Shown: positions 1 through 15,055 of the stretch, piece by piece
Layout of the letters: the number at the start of each line of letters is the position of its first letter
How positions within the stretch are numbered: the stretch's first letter is position 1
Assembly: GCF_001194135.2 (NCBI RefSeq)
Contig: NC_068983.1
Coordinates: 50,463,792-50,527,791, forward strand
Direction of reading: 5' to 3'
Length of the DNA stretch: 64,000 nucleotides
DNA from: Octopus bimaculoides
Taxonomy: Eukaryota
Position numbers and translations under genes: made by a program
The notes under the pieces: generated by a model
What the model was told of the DNA's origin: nothing
The model's database searches: none
What the model saw: only the letters and a program-made list of their open reading frames with translations

Positions 1-3000
1 TAGATTACACAAATAATATGATCAACAACTTCCTTTTTAGCAATAAACCACAAGCATGTAAACAGGAGAACAAACAAACGAAACGAATATGAATTATGAA
101 ATTCCCTGCTAAAGTGGAATGGGCAAACTTTATAAATCCAGCTGTTACATTGACCACACAAGTACAATATATTCTCATAGGCTCAGCAAACATAAAAAGG
201 AAGTAGCTAACGCATTCCACCACGCAGCAGATCAAAGCTAGTAGGGCAAATTAACCGACATTTCTTACATGCATTATACATTTCTCCACAGAAACAGATT
301 GATTATAGAAGCAATACTAATATAATAATAAAAAAAAAAGAATTAATATACTGCGTACGCTTTTCAGAAACAGAAATACGGATGATGTAAAGCCTTAATG
401 CGCTCAAACGTTCAAATTCTAAAGGGGAGTCATTATAAGCTTAATCATCCTATTATAAATCAAAATGTGGCAGAGAAGACAAAACTTCTCCTCATCCCAT
501 GGAAGCGACTGAATTACTGTACAGGCTTTTCCCTACAAAGCCTGCCGAAGTCAACTATACATTTTATTCTACTGGGTTCGCTAAAATACAGCAGTAATTA
601 TCGACTCTGGTCGACTTAATAAATATTTTCTCTCCCTTAGAATTTCTAACTCTATGTCATTGTACGTTTTCACTGTTTCTCTTTTATAGAAATAGTAGGC
701 GATGAAGAGAATTAATGCGAGCAACGAGTTACTGCCCATTTACGTTCTGAGGTCGAATACCATAAAGGACAACATTTTGCAGACAGCTGAAAACGAGAAA
801 GAACAGACAACTATTTACTTGAATCTTGGCAAGAGTCGTTTTTCTCTTTCCATAATAAACACGCACACATCATTTTACTATATTGTTTATGTGTCAAGAC
901 ATATGGATCTGCAGCAGACCTGAATTAGTACATGACATTGGTGTGGTTGTGAATCGGAAAGAAAGGAACAATAAAAACATAACTGATGGCTTGATTAACC
1001 GATGGGCTAATCAAACAATCGATCAGTTATTTGGTAAACTAGCCAACCAACTGACAAACAATAAAAAGGGAAAAAAAATAAGCGCATATATTTATTATTG
1101 GCATATTTGCCTTCCTACAATGAACAAAATATGATTCAAACGAGTTACCACCAATAATCTTGTAAACCAAATTCAGAGAAGTACTGATATTGAATTAATA
1201 GATTAAACTTTCACACATTTTCTAGATTAGCAACAGCAGTAGTTGTTGGCGAAATGCAATTTCTTTATAATTGCCTCCAGTTTAGTTAAAAAAAAAAACA
1301 TTTTCTTTTTGAACGGGAATTGATTTAGAGTGTATTCCATCGAGTACTTCATTGGTGCCTTACTTACAAGAGAAACCGAGTAAAGGTGTGATTGAACTCA
1401 TAACGGAATGAGGTAAGAAATACCGCAACATAATGCTTTTCGATGCTCTAACGATTCGTCTGTCTACCGTTATAAGGGAAAAATCGAATAATACAATGAA
1501 ATGTGTTCTTCGTCAACTGATATTATATGGATGGGAGAGAAGCGAGAGTGAAGCATTTTCGGAGACAGTATGACGCGTTGGACTAGCTGGTGCTTAGCGC
1601 TGGCTTCTGTAGCATTAAGAAGATAAGAGATAAATCCGTAAGGATATTAATCTAAAGTGGCTTAACTTTGCAAATTGCCTCTTGTATAATTTGTAGCTAG
1701 ATAGACTGAAACAGATAGCGTTAGGTACATTGATATAATGATGTAGAGACACAGGCTCTGACAGTTACATTTGCACATATATTTAAAATCACATTGGCAA
1801 TGTATTCGCTTAATACGTACATATATTCAATAATTACACATACATGAAGTAAATTTAATGGACATTTTGCTACTATTCTTATTAATTGCCGTCATATTTT
1901 TTTTCCAATTACGTCTTGCCTCAGTTAAACTAATACTTACATCGATAATTGCAGCTGAATTAATTCATATTCTGAACAATTATAATTATAAAACTTTTCA
2001 CATGTTTAACACGTTCTTCTTTATAGTCATTTTCATCTTACAGAAAATGAAGAAATTGAGCAAAAGATGGTAAGATGTTTTTCATCTTTCCTTTTCTTGT
2101 TTGCATAAATATTTAATATAGCAGAAATATATTTGTAACTTAGCTTCGGGCCGTCCTTTAATATAGTGTGATTTTCTGATACTTGGATTTTAATGCAGAA
2201 AGGACAAATCTGTCTACTTTTGTTTTGAGTGTCTAAGAGCTAATTGCTGAAGTTGATAACATTCTAATAAAATAAATAAAATTGTAATTGGACTACTATT
2301 TGTTGATAAGCGATAAAGTTGAGGATCATACGATGGATACTCTAAAATCAAGTTTATTTTTACTTAGTACAACTGCTGCTTTGATTCAGCACGCCTGCTC
2401 ATGAAAGATTCGTAGGACACAATTTTATACCGTTATTTAAATCATATACGTTACTTCAAACTGATGTAGAACAGTCTTTTCAGGCCTACAGTCTCTAAAC
2501 TGCATGCCACGATATATTCTTCTAAACACAGGAACCTATGTATACATGAACATTCTCTGAAAGAAATCTTGTCAAAGACAAAATATTTTGTCTTGATACA
2601 ACATCGAAATTGTGCCATTGCTCTCATTGCAACTAGAAGGAAACTTTACAGAAAAAAAAATACAGTAAGTAACCATGCCTCAAAACTCTACCAATTCTGC
2701 TAATACACCCACCCAACATTTAATTCGGTGATTATCATTCTAGAGTTAAGAAAATACTAAATTTATATAATCGTAATTTGAACTCAGGGTTAAAAAAAAC
2801 GGATAATACCACACCGTAACCTAAATGTTTTAGCTGGCATCACATTTGATGGGCTGTCATAGGCAAGTAAAAGTAAGTACCCTGTATGTCGTTCAAAGAA
2901 ACTTTCGACTGCAACAACTGCAACAACACTAAACATTAATACTTTCTCTCGATGAACTCTCTTACTATTTGGTCGATTATTTTTCTTTTATCCCATGTCT

Positions 3001-3272
3001 ATTTCGTCTCTTGCTTGCGGGCATCGTATTCCAGAACAAATTACTTCAATAGATTTATGCTATCATCCACTGAAAAAAGGTAGGATGTCATTCAAAGGAA
3101 ATCTGGTTGAGATTTCTAAAAGTTTAAACCTGCAGATGATTTCTCCGTCTCCAGTGGTTTGAATAAAAGAACTACTTTACTCAAGAAATTCAATTGTGTA
3201 AAGTATCTGTGATTCACATCAACGAGCGTTCAGACCAAAACTTTGGCAACGTAGCACCAGGTCATTCACCTG

Positions 3273-3315
<43 letters not shown>

Positions 3316-3891
3316 NNNNNNNNNNATACATCTGTATATGATTACTTATATGCATTTATGTATTTGGTAAAACATGACTATCCGGAAGTATAACAATATA
3401 TTTCATATATATGTGCGTGAGTATGTGTGTATGTTTGTGTGTGTGTGTGTGTGTGAGTGCACGTGCGCGTGTGTAACAAGTGAGCTTTTGCTTATTGAGT
3501 TGTTAAACTTTACTTTATAAACCAACAATTTGACGAATTATGCGTTATACACAGGGATTGAAAGATATTCAAATATATAGATATAAAATATCAAGAGTTC
3601 TCATGCTGTCTTATATTTGAAAGCAAATTGAAGAATATGCGAAACTAATTATTAATAATTATCTACCTCTAGCCGTGTTGTATTGAAGTGTCATTAATCT
3701 GACAGTTATATTAATTATTACACAATAATCAAATATGTTACGAGGAAATTCTCCGTTAATATTATTAAATTTGGAATATCTGAATTAACAAACCACCAGC
3801 TTCTAATTAGTCGAACTGATTTTAGTCTGAAGGGGTTTTATTGGCAGAATCGTTCGAGATTCGGATAGAATGGGTCGTAATATTTGTACTG

Positions 3892-4081
3892 TCTGAAGGC
3901 TGTTAGAAGGTAGAATCGTTAGCTGGCCGGGCGAAATATTTAGCTGCATTTCGCCTGTCTTTACGGTCCGAGTTCAAATTCCGCAGCAGTCGACTTTTTT
4001 CCTTTTACCCTTTCGGGGTCGGTGGATTTAATCGACTACACCTTCCTCAAAATATCTGGCTTTGTGCCGAAAGGTGAAACG
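3892..4081 (+). mobile_element. tRNA-derived SINE, family A (GGCGGCGAGCTGGCAGAA-type head), diverged copy
   Basis: B-box-like GAGTTCAAATTCC and body homologous to the other family A copies. Flanked by a perfect 13-bp TSD AATATTTGTACTG (3879-3891 and 4082-4094). Confidence 0.8.
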
Positions 4082-4097
4082 AATATTTGTACTGCAT

Positions 4098-4212
4098 AAA
4101 GCAGCGAGCTGGCAGAACCGTTAGGCTGATGAGCAAAATCCGTAGCGGCATATCATCCATTTTATGCAGTCGACTTAGTCTTTAAATCCTTTCGAGTTCC
4201 ATAAGATAAATA
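4098..4212 (+). mobile_element. SINE family A, degraded partial copy
   Basis: Head AAAGCAGCGAGCTGGCAGAACCGTTAG followed by a GTCGACTT..TCCTTTCGAG body remnant. Confidence 0.6.
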
Positions 4213-6283
4213 TCATCTAAACAATGGTAATTGAAATAGTCCTTACTACGAAATTATTTGCCTCCTTCCAAATTTATAGTTAATATTCATATTGTCTCTT
4301 TCCTTCATTGAATATCTGACAATCACATAAGTATAGATCTTCAGTTGGTACGGATTGGTACGGATTGGTACAGATTCTGATATCAACCACGATGTATGAA
4401 GATTCACTACCCTTTATTGTCATCCGTATGCCAGATAAGATAGCAAAACTATTCCTTTGTCAAAATCGTACGGCATAATACTTAATTTATTACCCTATAT
4501 TATGTGTTAAAGCGTAAACAGATATGGTTTACTATATCCTAATGGATAGAAATGACTCGCAGCGTTGCTATCAAGAACATTTAGCTGACATCTTTGCATG
4601 ATACATATAATATAGTAATTTTTATTGACATTTTTGCTTTACACACAATCCAGTTAAAAAGAAGGTTGTTCGACTTTATATATATATATATATATATATA
4701 TNNNNNNNNNNNNNNNNNNNNNNNNNNNNNNNNNNNNNNNNNNNNNNNNNNNNNNNNNNNNNNNNNNNNNNNNNNNNNNNNNNNNNNNNNNNNNNNNNNN
4801 NNNNNNNNNNNNNNNNNNNNNNNNNNNNNNNNNNNNNNNNNNNNNNNNNNNNNNNNNNNNNNNNNNNNNNNNNNNNNNNNNNNNNNNNNNNNNNNNNNNN
4901 NNNNNNNNNNNNNNNNNNNNNNNNNNNNNNNNNNNNNNNNNNNNNNNNNNNNNNNNNNNNNNNNNNNNNNNNNNNNNNNNNNNNNNNNNNNNNNNNNNNN
5001 NNNNNNNNNNNNNNNNNNNNNNNNNNNNNNNNNNNNNNNNNNNNNNNNNNNNNNNNNNNNNNNNNNNNNNNNNNNNNNNNNNNNNNNNNNNNNNNNNNNN
5101 NNNNNNNNNNNNNNNNNNNNNNNNNNNNATATATATATATATACATAAATATATATACACGAGTATATATACATATAAACATAATTACGCGCACACACGC
5201 ACACACTCACACTCACACACACATACACACACACATATACATGTACAATAATCAATAGATATTCCTATAACTGAAAAATAGAATTCCAGTCTTAAATTGG
5301 AACAATTTAACATTGCCTCTCTCACATTTAAAATTTCCAGCACCATCTGCTCATATTTTGCTTGCGTTTATTAAGATCAAAACACATCGTTGGAGGCGTG
5401 GAATAAAAATATATTCTGACAGCCCACTCCTTTCTGTATAATTCCTAATTATTTACTTTACCTAATAACACTTGTCTGATAGTCTCTTCTGCCTTATTGC
5501 ATCAGATTCACTTACACAATGATCGTTTCTTGTCATCATCAACTGTAAATGAAATAAATTGGCTAGTTACATCAAGAACGCAAACCACGGAAATATATTT
5601 TCGGGTTTTGGATTAGTCGATAAGTAAAGCATGCAGTAATTTATTTGTTGAAGCTGTTTGTATTTTGAATTGATAAGATAGACTGACAAATCGAATTAAT
5701 CTGAGGTATTTGTAGCTTCAGAATCATGGATAAATATACATTTCTCTAATTAATCTTTAAGTTGACTTATTTGTAGAACTTCATAAGGCTCTAACGTTAC
5801 TCATATCTATATTTACTAAAATTGTTTTGAGGTTTTTGAAGCTTTAGCCAGAGTTAAGCCAATATAAGAATGTTGAACATACGACACTGTAAAGACTTCA
5901 ATTATCTGGTGTTTTGTAAACTATTAATGAAAAAGACATACTTAAGGAATTCANNNNNNNNNNNNNNNNNNNNNNNNNNNNNNNNNNNNNNNNNNNNNNN
6001 NNNNNNNNNNNNNNNNNNNNNNNNNNNNNNNNNNNNNNNNNNNNNNNNNNNNNNNNNNNNNNNNNNNNNNNNNNNNNNNNNNNNNNNNNNNNNNNNNNNN
6101 NNNNNNNNNNNNNNNNNNNNNNNNNNNNNNNNNNNNNNNNNNNNNNNNNNNNNNNNNNNNNNNNNNNNNNNNNNNNNNNNNNNNNNNNNNNNNNNNNNNN
6201 NNNNNNNNNNNNNNNNNNNNNNNNNNNNNNNNNNNNNNNNNNNNNNNNNNNNNNNNNNNNNNNNNNNNNNNNNNNNNNNNNNN

Positions 6284-6318
<35 letters not shown>

Positions 6319-9300
6319 GCGTCCATCTGTTCTAATCTAATTAAATTCTATGTCTCTGTGCAGCTGAAGATTGCTCTGCATTTTACATTGATGTAATGGT
6401 TGCATTGTTCAATTAAATGAAGCTCCGTGAAACGATCGTACTGCATTACCTTTGGATATCCTTCTTGCTTATTTTTTTTTATATGCGTTTGTGTTTTTGT
6501 GTGTGTATGTGTATTCACATAATTATAAATTGAAAATGATTCATTCCCCCTATATTTATTTACTAAATTATCAACAACACAATCGATAGGGATTTAGGGA
6601 AAATAAAATTATAGCAATGACAATGTTTTAAGTTAAACTAACTATTCGATAGAGAATTGGTTAACCGATGTGCGTTGATGTATATTTCTTGAGTGCATCT
6701 TTAACTTGCAAACGTGAGTCTGAAAATATCTAGCGAATAAAACCTAGAATGGAATAAATATATCGTTACAATGAGAACATTCAGAAATTCTGAAAGATGC
6801 ATACGTAATCTCGTACATCGAAACTGTGATGGATCTATTGTTCTTGCCCAGTGTTGATAAAATGATTCAATTAAATTGTTTAGTAAAAATAACCTGATGT
6901 TATGCAAACGTACAAAATTGTATCACAAAATTCTTGGCGTGGTGTGTAGGAAGTAAGAAGAAAGGAACTATACCGAGCTCCGTGTGATAAAGCCTGGAAT
7001 TCATTGAAATAATATCCGTTTATAATTACTGTTCCAATAGAATTGCAATTATCTTTATTTCTATTTTGTCTACTATACAATTGTAAACAGAATATTCATA
7101 TGATATTGAATTTAGGATGAGACATTTATCGAAGTTCAAGATGATCAAGTTTAGAAATATAATACAAATATTATTCAGAATTTACTGTCACCTGATATCA
7201 TGAAGAAATGGCTGCTATTTCGACCAACTACATAGTAGTTGCTCCCAGAATTGCTAAATGGATTACGTTTAGCAACCGGTAAACTATAACTGAATGAACA
7301 TGTACTGAAATATGCTCTGACACTGTCAATCCTATTTGACTAGGATTTGTGGAAGTAAACGGTGTGTACTCTCTCTATTTCAGAATGTGCAATAAATGAT
7401 TCTGTTTTTTTAACTCCAGATCGCTCTTTCACATATTGACTAAAATGCGTTAGTTCATATGTAAATAATCTTTCATTGTCTTAAAGATATATTCTATCTA
7501 ACATTACATCTGCATATAATTTGAAGATTATGTTGCGTTTAAAATTCCATATGAATCGAAATGAAACAACCTTAGGTCTCCATTTGTATTTTCTGTATCG
7601 TAAGCCAATAAGATAAAATAAAATACGAAAAATAAATAAATAAATAAAACATCCCAGTTTCTTTCGGAAATGATTCTGCAATGAAACTATTTGGCTAAAA
7701 AAAACAGCTATAATTATAATTTTACTTCATTTTATGCAAAGCAATACTAAAGCAATTTTCACACTTTAAACAATTTGCTCCAAAGTCAAACCAGGACATA
7801 AGGTCAAACAAAAATACACCTTTTGTGAGACTTAAATGTAGTGTGTGCACAAAGGTCCTGACGTGGCTGGTACAAATAAGTAGCATATCTGCATTTAGCT
7901 CGAGAAAGTGCTTCAGAAACAATCGTCTATTCAGCAAAAACATTTATGCTCTAAATTCTGTGGATTTACGTAATACTATAATTTAGTATAGGATGATATA
8001 AATTAAAGAATATTTTAGTCGTATTTCTGCCTTCACAAGTGACTGCCTTAATCTCTTTATTAGGTGCAGTTGTTAATGCAATCGTTAATTTTAGGTATTG
8101 ATATTCCTGTCAGACAGAATACTTGTTAGTTTGCATGTTATATTTGTAGCTGATGTTATGCTGTTGGAGAATTTAATGAGAGTGTCTAGAGTAGCAGATG
8201 GATGAGTTGAATGCTAATGAATAGTAGACGATTGTCCATTTTCCACAACTGTCTTTTGGAGTCAGTTTGCTGAATACGTGCCTCTCAAGAGCTCAGTCTT
8301 CTTGCCGCCATCTAGATAGCATAATTACTATTCCTATGTGGCGTTTACAGAATAAATTTATGTCAGTCATACGTTTATATTCTTATATGCTAATTTATTT
8401 TTGTAACGCTGTTATGCGATCCTAGTGACGTAGAAGCCATTCAAACGTACTCAACTCTGAGGATGTACGATATAATACAATAAATAAAAAGTTTCCATAC
8501 TAGAACCTGCATTATTTAAAATACATGAATTGTTTATTGGTGGACTCGACGCAATATCTGAAAAATTTGAGGCATCGTCAGGGCTGGGCTGGAATGGCCA
8601 CAATGACGCTAGTTAAGGTGATCAAAGATGATATTTTACATTTCAGAAATAAAATCTACCGTGAATCGATTAAACATCTGTCGAAAGAAGATATCTCTAA
8701 TCTGCGAACCTGCCAAATATTACAGTAATATCCCTGTCATATAAAAAGCTACATTCTTAAAACGTATGAACAAGACATAGATTGTTGAGATTCATGGTGC
8801 AAGGTCCGACAGATATAGATCCGATCATAATGTTTTACTCCATCACAGATGACATGTGTCAAACACCGTCAACAAGAACGCCAATAAAACCAGGATATTT
8901 TAAACATTATATTAATGCTTATATAAAACAATTGAAGTATTAATATGAAAAAAAAAACTATCCTTTCTTGGGGAAGCGTCATCTCTTAGCAGTAACGAAC
9001 TTAAAGCTTGTCATGAGTGTGAATGTTATTATTAGTGATTGTTGCTATTGGTTATGAGGTTAAGATTCAGTCGCATTTTCTCCTGCATTGGCGATAATAA
9101 TAATGTATTTCCCTGTTGATATTAATGGCCATATTATCATTGTTGTTGTGATAGCAGTAGAACTAACAACTTCAGTACCTATTTTTATATTCGGTGGTGT
9201 TGTTTGCAGTGTCAGTAATGGTGCTTACGGCAGAGATAAATATTTTGCGCCTTAGAAAAAGAAATATTGATGAGCAATAACACCGAAATCATCTCGCCTC

Positions 9301-11569
9301 CGTAGATATCCAGCGATGATTTACAAGCTTTTTCCTTCTTTAGTATTTGCGAAAAATAAATTGTCTGTCTTAGCTGTTTGGCTGCTAAGTGTCATTTCTA
9401 TTTCCATACAAATTAATTCAGTTCATTCTAGGTCACACTATTTATGACTGCAGTCTATTGGATCCATCTATTTATGGAATACTTGCATCCAATAATGCAA
9501 TAATACGCGGTGGATTATCAGTAGTGGTGGATGGACAAGGAATGGACAATATAACTATGTACTGACAAACCAAGAAAATATGCAAGCAATAAAAACAATC
9601 TCGACCAATTCCAAAACGTCTACGTCATGTCCAGAAAAAAATTTACATTTCATGATAAATAATTACGATGCCTAACTGTAGCGCTGGGCTATATTAAGAT
9701 TAAGGGAAAACATAAATTAACCGACCGAATGTTTTGTTTTTAGTCGCTTGTTTTCGTAAAAGGAACTGTGGTTATATGCATTCGCAGAACAACCGGTATT
9801 GGCATACTAACAAAAGTAGTAGAAAACGCATGTGCATATGGTAAAAAAAAAGTCAGCTTGCAGTGGTTAGGACATGGATCGGTAACTTGGAGTGTCAACA
9901 GGGAACAGATGAATGAGTCAGAAGCGTCTGAGTGGAAAAAAACACGGGATCATGCAACTGTAAAGCAGTGGTAGAATATAATGTTTGAAGTGCTGAAATG
10001 GAGTGACGAAGGAAATGGGTTCATCCGTTGGCTAAATATTGTTTTTGTGTTCTGATTACCTTCATATTCTAATAAGTTAGGTTTCTTTTGATGTACCCTT
10101 TTATACATGTTTAGCAGTATAGTACTGTCCTAGATATCGGACCAGTATTCAATATTAGGTCATACCTGATTTTTTCAAAAGAATTAAAAAACTTGGCGAG
10201 AGAAAGATAGTTTTAGCTCTGAAAAGTAAGATTAATTTCTGATTGTATTAGCTATGTAACCTTCATAGGAAAAAAATAAACGCACACAGAAACATTTGCG
10301 GAGCACGGTGACAAATAGCGTAGGATTGAATTTGACTTGTACCGTTGTTTTCTTAATTGTCCATCATTATTTTTTCAATCGTGATTTGAAGGTTTCATAA
10401 ATTATGCGTAGAAGACATTTACGTTAATGCTATTTCTTTCACTTTGATGATATTTTGCTAAACGTTTGACGATTGATATTTAATATACTGACGTTTTATA
10501 CTTTTGGCATAATTGCTTCAGTAAATGACAAATGTTATGAATAGATTAACATCCTAATGAAATCATTCTAGAAAAGCAAAACAAAAACGTTAATATATAT
10601 GTTGTCTGCATTCACATTCACAAACAATGATGTAAAATGCTTCCAATTTGAAAAAAATAAAATTAACACAATCCATAACATCAGCTCGTATACTGCAATA
10701 GTATATTCTCTGAATAAGAATTGTTTGATTTTCTGTTAACATAGTATAAAGTCAAATTGTATATCATGTATTGTGTTCTTTAGTAGGCAGGAAATTTATA
10801 ATAGTTTGGTAATTTGAATAACGATTTGTAGCATATCTTCGTCTGAAAATATATTGAATTGAGTTTAGGCATAAGAATTATATAGCAATGCTATAAAAAA
10901 TATAACAAAGTAAGTTTTAATTTTTATTGAAGTTGGATAATGAAAGTAGAAATCAATTATTTATCTTAAGCTTTCAATGATTCCTGAAAACAGGTAATAC
11001 ATTGCTATTTACAATTTTATCAGGATATGTTTTTGTCCATAAAAACGGTTTTCTTTAATGGAATAGAAATTTAGATAAATAAGTAGTATGATTGAAATAG
11101 TAAGTAGTTTTAGTTTTCAATCCTAAAGATTTAGTAAGATTCCTACAGCTTACATTGATATATCGTATATTCTATGAATTTCTTTTATTTTCGTTGAATT
11201 CAGCTAAAGAAAACGGTTGTCCGCACTGGTAATTTTGGACTTCAGTACCGCTTCAGTCCGATGTGAATCTTAGTGTTATACAATTTGTGGTAAAACATTT
11301 CCTGTGACAATCCTGTGTCTCAGTATATATGATTTCTGATAACACATTTCCTGTGACAATCCTGTCGGTTTAGTTAACATATATCTAGGTAATTCTTTCA
11401 ATCGCTACATAAGAAACGTTTAGTTTCAAATGCACTGCTTGATCGACTCCATTAGAGAAATCTGATGTCATATATTGCCGTGGGCGTTCCACTAAATTCG
11501 TTTAATGAAAGTTAGCGTTAGCATTAAAAAACGCGATATTGTCTCTTTCTTTTCTTTTCTTTCATCTCC

Positions 11570-11624
<55 letters not shown>

Positions 11625-12059
11625 TACTTAATGTACACATATGTTATCAAGCGATTTATATGAAATGTATACGTTTAATCTTGGCAAATGTAATAATATA
11701 TTACTCGCTTTCATTATAATATATAATTTATATTGTATGGCGATGCATATGATCTATTACTTTACTAGTATATAGAGCAGGGATTAAAAGAAAATGGTAT
11801 TGTTAAAAATACTAATTACATGTTACAGTTAGCTTGTCTGTATAATTTAATGAAAGTAACTCCATACAATAACCGCACTTGATATTTCATTAACTACCAT
11901 CATTGCTAATGCATTTCTGTTAATGTTGCTTTGTTATGTATGTCATTAAACTCCTTTCGTGTTAATTAATTGGATTGTACCATTTTCCACATGCCTGTTT
12001 TAAAAATAACAAATACACTTGCCAGCGCCTACGATGTGCGTCTAAACTCACTTCAATTA

Positions 12060-12137
12060 AAGTTACTACGAGTCTTCGTTATGTAGGTCACTAGAAGTTA
12101 CTACGAGTCTTCGTTATGTAGGTCACTAGAAGTTACT
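12060..12137. repeat. 35-bp perfect tandem duplication (2.2 copies)
   Basis: AAGTTACTACGAGTCTTCGTTATGTAGGTCACTAG twice, followed by AAGTTACT. Confidence 0.95.
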
Positions 12138-14893
12138 CACTTCTTTATAACTTTTATTTTAAGAAATATACATGAACCTCATTTTGAAACTTTAAACTCC
12201 AAGTCAGAATATGAAAATCGTGCGTATGAAATAATGATATTTTTATTAAACGCTTCTTTCAATAGTTGCAGAGCGGTAGAGGAATTTACTAACAGTTCGT
12301 ACATTCCTGAGTATTATCGTCTTACAAGACCTTTTATATAACTGTTTTTACGAAAGTTTCCATACGATGCAAGTAGTCTTATTATAACTGTTCAGGTAAA
12401 AACTAAGAAGAACAACGGATCGTGTGTGCCTATAAGTGATAGCTTTGCTGGGTCACCCTGATTCTATCATAGAATGAACTTCACTGCGTGTCTGTTGAAT
12501 AAACAGCTGCTTACATATCAAAATAAGGAGAACGTTCATCATTTAATGGAACAGCTGAAAATCACTCTTTGAAAAGTCTATACCCATTACATTTTCCAGT
12601 GGGGTAGCATTAGTGCGTTAAATGAAGCAGCGCTTAACTTTGTTGAACCATTCTGGGCTTAGAGTCTATACAAGATAATAGAGCAGAATGAAAAGTGCAG
12701 CCCAAATTAAAACATTGACCGCGTCATTTCTCTTTTCCCCCACCCACTGTAGCTACAGTACTTGTCCTTTTTTATGTTTTGGAAATGTTTTATAACAAAG
12801 AAGAGAGGAACTAACTGATATGAAATGTGCAACATCTTGAGAACACTTTAGAATATAGGAAATAATTATGTGTGTTCCAAATGTGAACAGCCTCTATTTC
12901 TGTACATTTAAGACTAGCTTGTTCTATGTGTGCTAAGTTTTGTTTGCCCTGAACTATCACATATTTTGACCGCTGCACTCTGTAATACATAGAAGCAATT
13001 AAAAAATGAATATCTATGTACATCCATAAAAATGAATAATTAATAGTTGCAGACATCGCTAAAAGGGGACATGTTTTGAGTTCTCAATGGGGAAAAATGT
13101 ATTATGTCTTCCTAATGATCAGATTATTACAACATAGCTACTTCACTTTGTAATTTACACTAACAGCGTAGTCTAAAACATTTCCATTTGTTTTGACTTC
13201 CATTTGTTTCGACTTAAGCAATATATATATTTTTTTTTACAAATCCGTTTAATATATGTAACATTTGCTATTGCTCACAACAGAACATGTGCAACATGTG
13301 GAAATATGTACCGTTCAGTTGTAGTAACGGTTCTTTCAGCGAGCCAGCCCAACTATACACTATATGCAATACAATGTGCAAATCATTGAAGGGGCTCAAG
13401 TGTCAGTGTCATACGAGGGCCTCACAGTGCATTATCGACGTCTCATTTCAGTGACATTTCCTAACATTGGCAATGGTCGTATACGAGAAAGCAGCCACTA
13501 TATATGTGTATGTGTGAGCACGCGCGTGCGTAGGTGTTTATGTGTATACGTATATATAGGCTAAGCCCTGATGCCGAAGCCATGGTGATATTTGTTTCGG
13601 CAGCTAATGATGGGAAGACATATTTCTTACGCTTGTTTGTGCAGTTTTTTTTTTATATCTGAGTCGCGATATTCCGAGTTGTCCATCGGATTAATAAAGT
13701 GTAAATTATTTGTGCTTTCATGGCTTTTGGAGATTAAGTACATTAATNNNNNNNNNNNNNNNNNNNNNNNNNNNNNNNNNNNNNNNNNNNNNNNNNNNNN
13801 NNNNNNNNNNNNNNNNNNNNNNNNNNNNNNNNNNNNNNNNNNNNNNNNNNNNNNNNNNNNNNNNNNNNNNNNNNNNNNNNNNNNNNNNNNNNNNNNNNNN
13901 NNNNNNNNNNNNNNNNNNNNNNNNNNNNNNNNNNNNNNNNNNNNNNNNNNNNNNNNNNNNNNNNNNNNNNNNNNNNNNNNNNNNNNNNNNNNNNNNNNNN
14001 NNNNNNNNATATATATATATATATATATATATACACATTTATGTGCATATGTGTATATATATAAGTGTATATGTGTATGCAGTGTATATATGTGACGAAA
14101 ACACACGTACACATACACTGAAACAATTAGACATACATGTATATCGAGGTAGTTAGTATTCGTGAAAGTTTAAATATGAACACTCCATCATTTAACCAAA
14201 ACTTGAGAGGACATTGTTATTGACTAGGAAATCTTAGAATTTAAAACGTTATATGATACTGAGAGAAAAGCTGTCACTAGACATTCTATGAAAAGTTTAC
14301 AGAGAAAAATCTTAAGATACTATCAGTAGTCATAAATGTGTCACTTCTACCCAATATGTGCGGTCATCTTTGATAAGGATATATCATATGTAATGTAGTC
14401 AAAACGTATTCCAACACAGTCGCTGTATTCTTTGAAGGCAGCAATGAGTTTCTCTCGAATCACGTAATACTAAAATCAGGAAGCATGGCTCATACATACA
14501 TATATTCTACTGCATACGTGAGAGTATAGTTTTTAGGCTCAGATTCAAATTCACAAATATTTAATGTACATAAACATAAACGCTACAAACTAGGGCACAT
14601 ACCATACCCCACGTGACTATCATATTCACAGCTACATCAAACAACTGTACGAATTCTCATTTTGGTTAAGCTCTTTTTCAACTTGATCTATTCTACACGC
14701 ATCCTCTCAAAATACGCGTATCAAACTGATATTAAAGCAGAAAAAACCCTTTGTAATTCATCATCTAATTATTTCATCTACAACCGCTGTAGAAAAATTA
14801 TCCAAAAAAGGAATTCTCGACGATTTGTACTCCGAATGCTCTCATCCACAATGTGTGGTAGGTTCTCCCCAATAAAATTTCGCAACTCTAGTA

Positions 14894-15055
14894 CAGTAGT
14901 TCCCAAACAGTGATAGACGGAGCCCTGGTGGTCCGTGAACTAAATCCAAAATTTCATATATACATATACATAAGGATAAGCATATTAAAATGTGTTCATG
15001 GGAAAACTCATTTAAATAAAAGGGGTCCTTGTAGTGAAAAGGTTGGGAATCACTG
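14894..15055. mobile_element. hAT (Charlie-like) MITE
   Basis: Imperfect TIRs CAGTAGTTCCCAAAC / GGTTGGGAATCACTG with internal GGTCCGTG and GGGGTCC motifs. The left flank CTCTAGTA resembles the NTCTAGAN Charlie target. The 8-bp TSD is degraded (4/8 match). Confidence 0.6.

Noticed and set aside
666-830. Strong acceptor at ~689 followed by a protein-like stretch (ORF 702-923)
   Set aside because: All three frames from the acceptor stop within 9 codons, there is no good donor, and I recognise no homology.
4345-4376. (TTGGTACGGA)x3 and a similar 23-bp duplication at 33670-33714
   Set aside because: These are ordinary short slippage duplications with no further structure.
11295-11365. Two 22-bp direct repeats (ACATTTCCTGTGACAATCCTGT) with a 27-bp spacer, CRISPR-like geometry
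   Set aside because: There are only two repeats, no cas genes, and the context is eukaryotic. It is a local duplication.
13270-13440. Cys-rich open frame suggesting a secreted peptide or toxin
   Set aside because: There is no signal peptide or regular Cys framework. TG-rich AT DNA readily yields Cys.
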